Source of the DNA: Amphiscolops sp. MND2022
Lineage: Eukaryota
Length of the DNA stretch: 64,000 bases
Assembly: GCA_964187785.1 (NCBI GenBank)
Contig: OZ076409.1
Coordinates: forward strand, 47,804,001-47,868,000
Direction of reading: 5' to 3'
The translations under genes were made by a program, and so were the position numbers. The notes beneath the pieces were generated by a model. The model was not told where the DNA came from. It saw nothing but the letters and a program-made list of their open reading frames with translations, and ran no database searches. Positions 24,695 to 36,493 of the stretch are shown piece after piece (the first letter of the stretch is position 1; the number at the start of each line of letters is the position of its first letter).

Positions 24695-25778
24695 TCCTTC
24701 GATGATGAGGGTTGTTGTCGGGGTGCTTTTGGGTTAATATGTTTGTTGGAGTTTTTGTAATTTTCAATGAGTTTTTTCTGTGCTTCGGTTAGTGTCCACT
24801 TCGGGGGGCGATTTTCCATATTTGCTCCGAAGTAGCATGTTGGTTCCTCATGTCCTGGTGCGTTACAATGCGCACAGCGTATGGCATCAGGGTCTTCTTC
24901 CAACTTACGACGTTTTGCTAATTTAGCACAGTCTGCTGCCTTGTGCCCCGTGTTTTTACAATAACGACATTGATCATCCTGTAATGTATTGTTGGGCACA
25001 GTTTTTGGTGTTTGTTGCTTCTTTTTTGTTGTTGCAGTTTTCTGCTGCGCCGATTTGTCTTCTGCTGTTTTGTTTATCACTGCCATTTGCGTTTTAATGC
25101 CAGTGTCTTCTGATTCAAGTCCATTTAATTCCATCTCTCGTTCGAGATGTCGGACTATTTGCTCATATGTTCCATTCTCAAGATAGGGTTGATTAATAGA
25201 GCGTTTCAAGTGTGGTGGCATTTTTGCATATAATAGACTTTCTATCATTTGTGATGCAATGTCACCGAAAGCTTTTTCGGCGCTTTCTTGTAATTCTTCT
25301 AAGAAATCTGGTAGTTTCTGGCGTTCCGGGTCAAAAACCAAGCGATGAAATCTATGTTTTGCTGACGCACTAGATTCGGGCTTGACATATTTTCTCCTGA
25401 ACACTACCAGTATGTCTTCTAGCGTAGTTGTTGGTGTTCGTTGGATATTTTTGAATGTTTTCAATGCTAGTCCACGCAAATGTGCGTGAAAATGGTTTAT
25501 TTTCATTTCTTCGGTTAATGCGGGTTGCATTCTGAGTGTTGTGTGGAAAAGATCATCGAAGTATTCGAATTTTTCATTCTTTTCCAATTTCCCATTGAAA
25601 GTAAGTGTATTTTTTGGATGAAAGAGTGATGGTTGTGAATTACGACTTGCCAATTTTTCAATAGCCAATGCTATTTGATTAACGGAGTCTTGCTGATTGT
25701 TGAGTGGTTCAGCAATCAGATGTTCATTGTTTGTTGTTTTTGTATTGTTTGAGCTTTGACGATGAAGTGGTTTGGTAG

Positions 25779-25790
25779 CTCCTGTCACCA
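25779..25790 (-). promoter_or_regulatory. Primer binding site (probably tRNA-Leu-like)
   Basis: TGGTGACAGGAG directly follows the LTR end CA; one mismatch to the typical tRNA-Leu(CAG) PBS TGGTGTCAGGAG. Confidence 0.7.
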
Positions 25791-27273
25791 TGTGATAATC
25801 CTCTTGTGTGCGATCCACATTTATGACCACAGAGTCTTTAATCGATGTTTTGTATGCTCAAAGGTTGCATCGGCGTTCTTAGTTTGTTTAAATTAGATGG
25901 CCTGAAAGGATTATCCTGTATCTCACATTCTTGATTTTCTGGTTCAGATGCGTTTTCTTCACCGTCTTCATTACTTATGTATTTCGAGGTTCCTGCTTTG
26001 GGAGTGTTTTGTTCTTGATATCTTCTGTTTGGTACAGACTGTGTTCTTCTGTTATTTTTCATCTCTTTCAGTATTTTCTCCAGTTTTTCATCCATTTCTT
26101 TCTTAAGTTTGTCACTTCTTTGTTCGTTTTATCTGTTATTCTTTGAGTCCAAATTTGCATTTCGTTTTCATTTTGTGTTCCGCTATCTAGAGTTATTTCT
26201 TCGTCCCTAACTGAACTAACATTTTCAAAGTTACTTAAAGTTTCAATAACAGTTTCATTACCTTGTGATGTCTCTATTTCTGATGCACTCAGTTCTCTCT
26301 CAAGCGAAGGTGATTGAATCCGTCTAGAGCTCCTATTCTTTCTGTTTCCCATCATAGTTAGGTGAAAACGATGTTTTGGAGAGAAGAATTTTAATTAGTT
26401 TGTTGGATTCAGTAAGACAAAGTGGAGTTGGTGAATTCGTGTACAGAAATAAATCATTGAAATTAGAATAGAAGTTGAAGGGTGAAAAAGGAGGTCTGAT
26501 CAGTGTGAAGGTTTTTCCTTGACTGAGTTAATTTTATGAGTTCTTACTCTCCCTTTTTCAAACAATTTTTAGTAACATTACACCCCATTTTTTGAATGTC
26601 ACGCCGACATCATATTTACGCAATATCTAAAAATAGGGTTCAGTTCAATGTAAAAATAGGTTCTTGCATCATGGTTATATATAAATTCTTACATGACGAA
26701 TGCTTTCTGCATTTTGATTGGTTAATATGTTAACTGCATTATTCCGTTCCATCGTTAATGGAAAGTCACGGCATCATGTAGTATGACTCATATTTAACGC
26801 TAATGTTAATCCCGACGTAGTACTGCACGTGTGATTAATTCAATGCAATGAGTCATACTCCAAAATGATGTAGTTAGCAAGTTGGAAAAGTGAAATTATG
26901 CTGCAGTATACTGCAAGCTTGGTGTGGTAGACTGGCTCAAACATTAGTCTTTACATATCACTGCACTACGCAATTTGCGCATAATTTATGCATTTCATCA
27001 TAAATCACACTAGTCAATCACACACTTCAATTTTATTAACACCTTGCAATGTTTAGTAAGCCGATTGTTAAACAAATGTTATTCCACAGCTGCAATTGAT
27101 TAAAATAATGAACAAATTTACACAAGGCTGTTAAGTAAAAGTTACATACAAATCCACGTAGTACAAGTTTAAAGAATGAAAGAGTTTCCTTTAATTTAAG
27201 AAGATGCTAGATGGTCGAGTCATTTGCCTCTATCGCTGCTCCGCGGGTCCAGCACAAGCTCTAGGCTGTGACA
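25791..27273 (-). repeat. 5' LTR (1483 bp)
   Basis: Direct repeat of 11609-13094; AGAAT TSD on its outer side. Confidence 0.95.
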
Positions 27274-28145
27274 AGAATGTATTTCACCAACAAACACTTC
27301 AGAGCTCAAAGTTTTCCCCTCTAACGATGAGACACTTTTAGTTCCATGAATATCTATGACAGTCTAATAAAGTCCCACTTGGATAGCATAACATGAAAGT
27401 ATGTGGTTTATCCAACGGAACTGGAAAAAGGAAAAAGTAAAACAATATATATGTCTGTTACAGGAAATCATTGCGACAAAAAAGCCTAACAACACTTTGT
27501 ACGGCTCCTATCAAAAGATCCCCTAGCCCATTGGGGTGTGCCGAGGAATAAGAATTTCCTTGGTTCATTCTTTCGAAATATATTCAACACTTTTGATGTT
27601 TTCTTTTGCTTTTGTTATTGGAACTCGATAATTTTTTAAATGCCTACCAAAATTTGAATTTCTCCTATATAGTTGATTTTCTGGTTATTTCGACGAGTTT
27701 TGACCTGTTATATCTTTCAGGAAAAATAATTACGTTGATCAATGACCATCTAGTATGTGACTTGATTTATTCTTTCACCCGGTTTTCCGTTTTTTTGAAA
27801 GATTTTTTAGACGGATGCTTTAAGCAATAATGCTTTCCTTCCATATGGATATCGATACGGGTTTTCCGATTTTATTAACTCATCTTGCTTCATCTTTTTC
27901 TTCATCATTCTCATCAGTTTTGTACCTTTTACGGTCCTGCGTTTTCTTGCGATCAAGCGTTTGTTTGCATTTTTTACCATCATAGCCCTGCTTTCAAAAT
28001 CTTGGAACCATGGCTGTCTTGACAAGATCTCACAATAGCAATATGCTATATGACTTACCCTAGTATTTTCAACAAAGCACAATTTTCGGAACAAAAATAC
28101 AAATACATTTGAAAAGTGTATGACCATGTCATTATGAAAGCATAC

Positions 28146-28414
28146 CTGCAGGTTAAGTAACAACTCCATGCTTTTGCGAATGTTCTGACCTCTTCTGAAT
28201 GGAATGGAGGGCATTGTCACGTGACTTCCAGACTGGGGTGCAGATGTTACTCCTCGGCGAGGCAAGTTCAGCTGGGACACATGAAGCGCGTGACCATGTT
28301 CGGGTGCCGGAGAAGTTTGGTTGTAAAGGTTGTTAATAAAGATCTGAGGCGGAGGAGCGTTCAATGTGTAGTTGCTAGAAATATTGGATCTGGAAAAACT
28401 TCCTCTTTGCTGTT
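28146..28414 (-). CDS. Ankyrin-repeat host gene exon (KQQRGSF...ELLLNLQ)
   Basis: tttcag acceptor and gtatg donor; phase 1 in, phase 0 out; frame-consistent with the neighbouring exons. Confidence 0.7.
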
Positions 28415-28812
28415 CTGAAAAATGGTGCCAAAGTTAGGGCTGTTTTTGGATTCACTGCGGTACTTTTTGTTTCGAATACTTGATATTAGTCGTAAAACTA
28501 AATACAGTAAAGGCTCGTTCCAGATTAGTATTAGTTGACAAAAAAGCATAAACTTTGGATTTTTAGGGTTCCCTTTCAATATTCTTAATGAAAACTAAAA
28601 ACTTGAAAGCTCTTATACTTCGGATCTAATTTGTTTTTAGCATTTTGAAATCATCAAAGTTTACAAAAGTTTTGATACTTCAACTCTTAACTTTAATTAT
28701 GCTCTCACATTTTACATAACTTTGAAAAACGCTAGTACAATCAAACACAGATTACTACGTAAATATTTTCTTCAAAAATTTCTCGAAAACGTTTCTTTAT
28801 TTCGCCACTGAC

Positions 28813-28986
28813 TTCGGTTTCTATATAAAAGCAGTTTCAGACACTGGTGGTGACCCAGAGAAGCAGCCAGTTGAAGCACGTTACAGCCATATTTGTCTTG
28901 AAGGTGCATTAGAGGCCGCAACTTGCTCCCGTCGGCCCCCTTCATGGAGCACAGGAATCGCACTATGTCCACCCGGTTGTAAGAGA
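28813..28986 (-). CDS. Ankyrin-repeat host gene exon (VSYNRVDIVRFL...DKYGCNVLQLAASLGHHQCLKLLL)
   Basis: Ankyrin consensus D-x-x-G-x-x-x-L-x-x-A-A-x-x-G-H; cttacag acceptor and gtcagt donor; symmetric phase 1. Confidence 0.85.
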
Positions 28987-29452
28987 CTGTAAGGGATGAG
29001 AAGAGTGAGAAGAGTTGAAACAACTTTCTCCTGAGGGAAGTTGTAATCTATTTCTCATTGTTCAGAAACAGTCGTAAAGATATACTTGACATTTTCAGGA
29101 AAGACGTTTGTTTTCCCAAATACATAATTTTAGATGGCGCTTTTTGATGTTTAGATGTCTACATGGATAGACAATTTTAGGCCTATTAAACCCTATATTT
29201 GATCGGCTTGTGCAGTTTCACCTTTTGCAAGGAGGTGAACGTGGTGTTCAAAATTTAACTTCATTGGATTTTTTTTGGAATTCAGAGCGAAAATCAAAGG
29301 ATTTCAGTGGAATTCTTCAAGAAATGACTATTTTTGTTTCGGCGAGATACAATAGGGTATATTATACAAACTGGCTCCATTATATATAAATCGATTGAAT
29401 ATGGGCCTCAAAAAAGATCGAATGAAAGAGCCCTCAGTAAAACTGCTCATCC

Positions 29453-29614
29453 CTGCGTGGAATAGAATGGTTCTTCCTTCTATGTCTTGATGCAGGAGGT
29501 CAAAGTATCCACTGTTCAAGAGTTTGATAGTGACGTCATGTAGGCCGAAGATGACACTATAGAACAAAATGTCTCTTCCAAAAGCATCTTTCCTCTCGAA
29601 GTCTGCCCCGTAAC
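29453..29614 (-). CDS. Ankyrin-repeat host gene exon (GYGADFERKDAFGRDILF...DIEGRTILFHA)
   Basis: Two ankyrin-like repeats; ttttcag acceptor in phase 1; donor position uncertain (see findings). Confidence 0.8.
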
Positions 29615-29754
29615 CTGAAAACAAAGTATGAAGGTATTCAACATCTGATAAATTTAATGTAACCGGAAACTGTAAAAGTCGGCATCGCGCTGAAGGCTCG
29701 AAAATTATATTAAGAAATGAGGCAGAAAAACTCATACCATGCCGTAAAGACATG

Positions 29755-31947
29755 ACAAAACGAGAGCGTCTCAAGTCGGTGCCCACTTAAGACTAAACAA
29801 GACGAGAACGTCAAAAGTCGGCGCCATATCTAAGGCTCAAAAAGCGCAAAACAATTTTTTGGAAAAAAACTTGAAATTTTTGAAAAAATTTTTTTTCTTT
29901 CAAAAAAAGTCGCATAGTGCCAAAAATGTAAAAGGGGGACCCTTCTGGATTTATTAACATACATTCCGTTGCAAAATATCAAAAACCTCGAAGGGGGGAC
30001 CCTTTGGGGACATTAAAAAATTTTCGAAAAAAAGTTGCACAGTGCCGAAAAAAATCCAAAGGGGGGACCCTTTAGGCACGTCCGGTTTTGTGGGTTTTCT
30101 TGAAAAAGTAAATAAAAAGTAAAAAACCATAGGGGGGACCCTTTGGTATAACTTTGATGCGTTTCCGGGGTATTCGTTTAGTTGAAAATACTGAACGTTA
30201 ACGTTCGTCGCTTCGAGTCTGTCTTAAATAAAAAAACGAGTGACTGTAATAGTCGGGCTCTTTTATTAATAAAAGTGCCGACTAAAAAGTGCAAATATTT
30301 TGAGATATGCTCAGGACTCTTTTAGATGAAAAACTCAAAAAAGTGTCAAAACACCCAAAGGGTGCCTTTGATGCTCGGAAAACGCTTCAAAAGGTCGAAT
30401 ATAGCGTGCTGGACCACGTGGGAGCACTTGTTGGGAACATCGGATTCATCTTTAGTAAAGCGCAATTCACTTCGAAAATACCGTTGAAAATTCGGACAGT
30501 TTTGAAAAAAATATACTGGTGGATATTTATTGAGAAAAATTGATATCACACAAAAAATGAGAATTATGAACAGTCCTATAGTGTCGAAAAATTTGAAAGG
30601 GAAGACTGATTGGAGACATTTGAAAATGTTTGAGAAAACGTCTCACATGATCGAAAAAAGCAAAAAAGGACGGTTTTTAGCCTCGTCCGGTTTTTGATGT
30701 TCCGTAAAAGAAGGAAACAAGTTGGTACCGGCCCAAGTCGGTGCCATATCTAAGGCTCACAAATAGCAAAAGGACTTCAAAGTGTCAAAGTTTTCTCATC
30801 TAAAGTAACTGAAAAATCCAAAAAGTTGGACCGAATTGGCGCGCTAAAAGGGGGAACCTTTCGCATTTTTTAATATCAATTGTTGCAAAACATCAAAAAA
30901 TTGAAGGGGGACCCTCTGGTGAAAAACTTTTTTCCACAAAAAGTCTCACAATGCCAAAAAACTGAAAGGGGGACCCTTTGGAATTTTTCAACATCTATTC
31001 TGTCGCAAAACATCAAAAAATAGAAGGGGGACCCTCTGGTGAAAAACTTTTTTCAAAAAAAATCTCACAATGCCAAAAAACTGAAAGGGACCCATAAGTC
31101 TCTCCCTGTATTGTATGTTACGCGGAAAAAGAGGAAAAACCTTTTTGGTTCAGTTCGCTAGGCCAAATGATTCAACTTGGGACTATAAAGTTTCGTAGAA
31201 CTTTCAAGAACTATTTCGGTCAGTTCGTGTGGATTGAAAAAAAGTCACTATGATAGTCGCGTTTCACTTCATGAAGCACCGACTAAAAATGAAAAGGAGA
31301 CCCTTTGCACCAACTTAGACGCGTTTCCGAGGTGTTCGTTTAGTTGAACAAAAATTTCGTCGCTTTCTTGTCTGTCTTCAGAAGAAGAAAAACAAAACAA
31401 GACGGGAACGTCTAAAGTCGGCGCTATATCTAAGGCTCAAAAAGCGCAAAAGACTTTTTTTTGAAAAAAAACTTTAAATTTTTGATTTTTTTTCTTTCAG
31501 AAAATGACGCATAGTGCCGAAAAATGTAAAAGGGGGACCCTTTGGGCTTTATTAACATATATTCTGTTGCAAAATATCAAAAAACTCGAAAGGGGGACTC
31601 TTTTGAGACGTTAAAAAATTTTCGAATAAAAGTCGCACAATGCCGAAAAAAATCGAAAGGGGGGACCCTTTAGTCTCGTCCGGTTTTGTAGATTAAAATA
31701 GTAAAAAAAGAAAGGGGGACCCTTTTGCACTAATTTCCACTGACCGGACTTGGCCTTATGGTAGTAGTTTTAGTAGTTTCGATTGTAAGAAAAGTGGCCC
31801 AATCAGAGTGAGATTGTAGTATGACGAAAAAAAAAGAAAAAAAAACTAGCCACTGAAAGTGTCGGGCACTTTTCTCTAGAAAAGCGCCGACTAAAAACAA
31901 TGATTGTAATAGTCGGGCTGATTTTTTCTAAGATCACCAACTGAAAA
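29755..31947 (-). mobile_element. Nested cluster of Helentron-associated (HINE/DINE-1-like) non-autonomous elements
   Basis: Inner copies ~29795-30288, ~30716-31289 and ~31395-31897 sit inside an older copy; each has subterminal IRs AGTCGGCGC/GCGCCGACT, terminal hairpins, internal AAAGGGGGACCCTTT repeats and A/T-run ends. Confidence 0.7.
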
Positions 31948-33321
31948 CGCACAAAAGTCTATAAACGTTTTCGAATAGCCACTTTACAGAACAGAGAAGG
32001 TAAAACAATGTTGATTGCATGGCATTGAAACCTCTTTTAGAGCTTGGAAAACACAATTTGACTAGAGGCCTTAATTTCCACTGCCTCAGTCTAAACTGCA
32101 GAAACGTTTTCCATGCCGCAGGAACGTTTGCACTGTAACAGCAAGCAGTATTTGGTCACTTAACACATAACTAGAGAGGGTTTGTCTCACGGGACAGGTG
32201 CCCGTCGCCACGAGCAAATTTTGCCCCAGGACAAAATGCCTCCCGCGAAGCTGTAGTCGTGGTTCCGCACCATAAGAGTACTTACCAATCGGCCCTGGTC
32301 TTTCATTGCTAATAGTAACGGGCATCTTGCCGGTTCTCTAAAGACCACCGTTTAACCAGCATATAGAAACAATGCCATTAATAAAGTAAATTTCCTTTTC
32401 CGGGGTAACAGGTATCCTAAAATTTAAAACAGGCAAGAGATTCCTTGAGCTCCCAAAATACAGTTAAAAACAGTGAAAACACACACAATCACACATGTAC
32501 TATGTACCAAAAAGGATATTTAAGCAGAAAGACGCATTTTGCGGTTTCCGCCACCCGTGGTAGCATTATCCTGAAATCAAACCGGGTGTTAGCACCTGTA
32601 AAAGAGTCCTTTCAGAGGTTTCCACAGTCTCTCTTTGCCCTTGGGCTATCTCGTTTTGTCCGTTCTCACTCGGTCTGTTTTCGTCCTAGTTCTGCATACA
32701 AAATGGCGGAAACAGTGATAAGAGCACTCACATTTTAGTTTGTAAAGTTTGTCGGACTACGGTAAAGGTTCCACTTTTACACTCATTTCCCTCTTCATTA
32801 CCGACAGGCTCACATTGTGTTCAGATTTTGGCTTCTCGACTACTCTTCTCTACTGTTATGATGCACAGCATTTTTTCTACTTTTGGTCAAATTTTGCACA
32901 AAATTTTGCCCATTGGCATCCGAAATTTTTCGAAGTCCTGATATTTTGTGTTAAGAAACAATTAGCTTCTTAATATTGCATGTCTCAATATACTGTTTCA
33001 AATTTTCATTCATTTAATTAGGATAGAACAGTGAACCACTGCTCTTATTTTTTGGTCGAGTAGATAATTTGATCAGATTGTATTAGGTCAGCTGAAAAGG
33101 AAAGAGGAAACACGCGCAACTGCACGAACGAACATACTAACCTAGTTGACGCGTAGTCCCATATTACAGTGATCAATAGAAACGTTTGTTGATCTATACA
33201 ATTACATTGTAGCTAAATGGACTAATCGTCCTTTACGCCACAGCCATATTTCTCTTGCAAGCATTCATTCAGAGTATTGTGATTTTGTTATCTAACAAGC
33301 AGTTATATAATCTCACCACTC

Positions 33322-34755
33322 GGGAGTGACAGATTTCGTCCCAAACAGATTTCGTCCCATGTGGAATTTTGACAGATTTCGTGCCACACAGATTTCGTCT
33401 CATTTTGACAGATTTCGACCCAAATAATTATTATAACGTAGTCAGCTATGTTCACATACCCCTTGTGCCCTAAATGCAGGAGCGAAGCGAAGCGGAGCGA
33501 CGTCCCAGGTTTTCGATCTTTGTGAAGATCTGCAGGATTTTTTTGCAGGGTTCTGCAAAGATCGTTGCACTGAATCTTGAAGATCCATACAGATCTGCAA
33601 GATCTTTACAGAAGTGTGCAGACTTTCTTTAAAGAGTTTTGCAGAAATATGTTTTTCTGCAGCTTCTAACGAACCAATGACTGCATTTTTGGACTTCTTT
33701 AACTACTTCATCAACTACTTTAGCTGACCAAGGCTCAGTCAGTTGATACTCTCGATCACTCAGAATTCTCGAGAAGAAAAATTTGTCCCCATCACGGTAG
33801 TTATGATGACTGGAGAATGAGCCGTATTGGTTATACACCGTAATTTATCCATTTCACTTGAACTTTCCAGATGTGCTTGTTGAACTTTGAGAAGCTCGTT
33901 TGCCTCATTGACTTCGTTTTGACGGATGAAATTTGACATGTGGCAACCAATCTAGATGTGTTGATAAAGTGTTGTTGTTGTTGTAATATTTCGGGAACAT
34001 GGTTTGTTGGAATAATTTTAATAGTTTCTGGTAACTCGGAATACGTTCTAGTAATTTACTAGTCATTGTTTGGATCTGTAAAGATCTGCAAATCTCTACA
34101 GATCTGTACAGATTGCTGCAGAAAAATGTTTCATCATTTTGACATAAATGAGACTTCTCTCGAGTTTTAAACATTTTTAATATTCGTTTGACATCGCTGT
34201 TTGGTTTTTAGTGTGTTTCTGATAAGGTCATTTTCTTCGAATCTGCACATATCTGCAAAGATCTGCAAAAATCCTGCAGATCTGCACAAATCTGCAAAGA
34301 TCTGCAAAAATCCTGCAGATCTGCACAGATTCGCAAAGATCGAAAACCTGGGGTGCCATATGGCCATGCCTCAATGTTGCTACTTGGCGAAGGGAGCGAA
34401 GCGACCGAGCCATACAACAAATATGCTAACCTCTTCAAAAAAAATCAAGTTCCATACATATTGGCTGTAACAGCACCGAATGAAGAATCACCGAATTGAT
34501 TATACCGATTAGCGGTTAATTTTGTGTATAGCATAGAAGAATTTCCCGTAATCCGGGACAAAGTCTGTCAAAAATGGGACGAAATCTGTCTAGAATGGGA
34601 CGAAATCTGTTTAAAATGGAACGAAATCTGTGTGGGACGAAATCTGTCAGAAATAGGACGAAATCTGTTAAAAATGGGACGAAATCTGTTTGGGACGAAA
34701 TCTGTGAAAATTCGACGTGGGACGAAATCTGTCTGGGACGAAATCTGCCACTTTC
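33322..34755. mobile_element. MULE/Foldback-like MITE with tandem ~15-bp subterminal repeats
   Basis: TIRs gggagtgacagatttcgtccca / tgggacgaaatctgccactttc; perfect 8-bp TSD CACCACTC. Confidence 0.75.
33504..34352. mobile_element. CMC/EnSpm-like MITE (~850 bp) nested in the MULE-like MITE
   Basis: TIR CCCAGGTTTTCGATCTTTG; 2-bp TSD GT; GATCTGCA-rich subterminal repeats. Confidence 0.8.
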
Positions 34756-34825
34756 CACCACTCATATAAATTTTTACAGTTGTTCCAAATCACTACTTTG
34801 AATACTAATAATAATCTGACGTGAC

Positions 34826-35264
34826 CAGAGTTGGAACTGGGCCATGATTTTCTACCCGAAGCCCGGCCAGAGCTTGTCTCAAAAATTCTAACACGACCCG
34901 ATATTTTTGAACATTTTTAATACCCGACGAATCTGACATAAAACGAATTTGATACCCGAAAATGATTTGTAAATGATAATCAGGTACAAGCATTGACAAT
35001 TCAAAAATCCCATTGTTTTACAAAAGAATTCAAAAATTCAACAGTTTTTGGCAGACATCTGGGCTCTACGAGCTGTGCGAATAAGACCCGCTTGACTGAA
35101 ATCTCGTTCACTTTGAGCACTGGTTGCTTGCGCTGAGAATATTTAGCCGAGGAAATAAAAGGAATCAATTGCGGAAATTATATAGCCAGTTTAATGTATA
35201 AGTTTTCGATTTACAAGCCCGCCCGGCCCGGTAACATTTAATTATGTGCTTGGTTCCAACTCCG
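34826..35264. mobile_element. hAT-like MITE (439 bp)
   Basis: TIR CAGAGTTGGAAC / GTTCCAACTCCG; 8-bp TSD GACGTGAC / GACGTGGC. Confidence 0.65.
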
Positions 35265-36290
35265 GACGTGGCATGACGTCAATGTTCAATTTGGTAAGGA
35301 ACTATAAATAGTCTCATTTGCATCATGACAGGGTGCTACTATTCATAAATTTGAGCCCTGCAAAATCCCACATGTCACGCCCAAGACAGTATAAATAGCT
35401 GACACCCGTAACAAGGAGAATCATTTTGGGTAATTATCAACTCAATGCAATACTCTTCAAATCTGATTATTTCGTTCTCTCCGCATTTGTTGTCATTTCA
35501 TATAGATCACTAATACAATCTTGAAATAGTGCTTACCTTTTGCAATGCCTTCAACTAGAATGCAAAAAGACAAAATTTGGCGTTCCAGACAGTCAGAGAA
35601 ATTATGAATGTTATGCTAGGGAACTTTCATAGAAGTTACTTTGGAAACCAATTCACTCAGAGAGATCTTGAAGTTGACTCAGTGACCGGCGAGCTACACG
35701 AAAATGTGAATACGACAGGAGAGGATTTCAGGTCGCTTTTGACTACAAATATCAGAGTGAATAGTGAGATGACTGTTGAAACTGCTAGAATGATGAATGA
35801 GCCAAATGTAAAGAAAACTACATGAGATAAAATTAGACCTGTTCTGCTAGTTCTACAAGCTCTGCTATTATGGGACTGTTATGGGGGGATTGTTATTATC
35901 GATTGTTATGGGGAGATGATATACAAAAAGGCGCCATCGTGGACAAACAGAACTTTTTAATCCGCAATCGCCCCATTCAACAATTTGGCCAACACTTTTT
36001 TTCCTGAACATTACTATTATTGTCTTGGAGCAGTAGGAACTTTGTATCTGTGGCAACTTCTGCAGATAGCCCAAACATTCAAACACCCTCTCAATTGTCA
36101 TATTATTTTAAAGATTGTTGATGAAGTGATTTCATTTTCCACTCGGTTATCACATGAGATTTTCACAGTAATGCAATCGAAGCAGTTTTATTGTATCATC
36201 GCTGGAACACCAAAAGATTGACGAAATTGAAAATACTCAATTTATGTACAGTCTTTGTATTTTCTTCCGTGTAATTGAAAAGGAACTCAC

Positions 36291-36493
36291 CGATTAGGTA
36301 CTCTATAATTTTTTCAGCGGTTTTTGGTTCTCTGGTTGCTGTGGCAAACATCATAGGCGTCTGTCCGAAGTTGTTGCTGTGGTTTATATCGAAGTTTGAG
36401 CCGGGTCTTCTAATGATGTAGTGGATGGTGGAAGGATGACATTTGTTCACCAGGTCGAATACGCCTGACACGGCACAGGTCATGCTGAGGTCA
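36291..36493 (-). CDS. Ankyrin-repeat host gene exon (DLSMTCAV...NNFGQTPMMFATAT...IIEYLI)
   Basis: Ankyrin G-x-T-P motif; ttctcag acceptor; phase-1 gtgagt donor joins EYLI-G-YGAD; upstream exons not identified. Confidence 0.8.

Larger units (their letters stand above)
24685..26355 (-). pseudogene. gag: gag (~557 aa reconstructed) starting inside the 5' LTR, with two CCHC zinc knuckles
   Basis: CRYCKNTGHKAADC and CAHCNAPGHEEPTC; the N-terminal ~189 codons are LTR-encoded and broken here by three 1-nt deletions absent from the 3' LTR copies. Confidence 0.9.
11609..27273 (-). mobile_element. Full-length ~15.7-kb Ty3/Gypsy LTR retrotransposon with a large 3' accessory module
   Basis: Near-identical LTRs at 11609-13094 and 25791-27273; TSD AGAAT (11604-11608, 27274-27278); PBS; gag-PR-RT-RH-IN order. 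Confidence 0.97.

Noticed and set aside
21200..26146. Many short plus-strand ORFs over gag/pol
   Set aside because: Antisense shadows of the coding strand, with no motifs
34560..34750. Regularly spaced TGGGACGAAATCTGT repeats resembling a CRISPR array
   Set aside because: Spacers are only 0-9 nt, the context is eukaryotic, there are no cas genes, and the repeats are the subterminal arm of a TIR element
34167..34801. Repetitive peptide ORFs (ICRIFADL, TDFVP)
   Set aside because: Translations of MITE subterminal repeats; the same applies to 38696-38978
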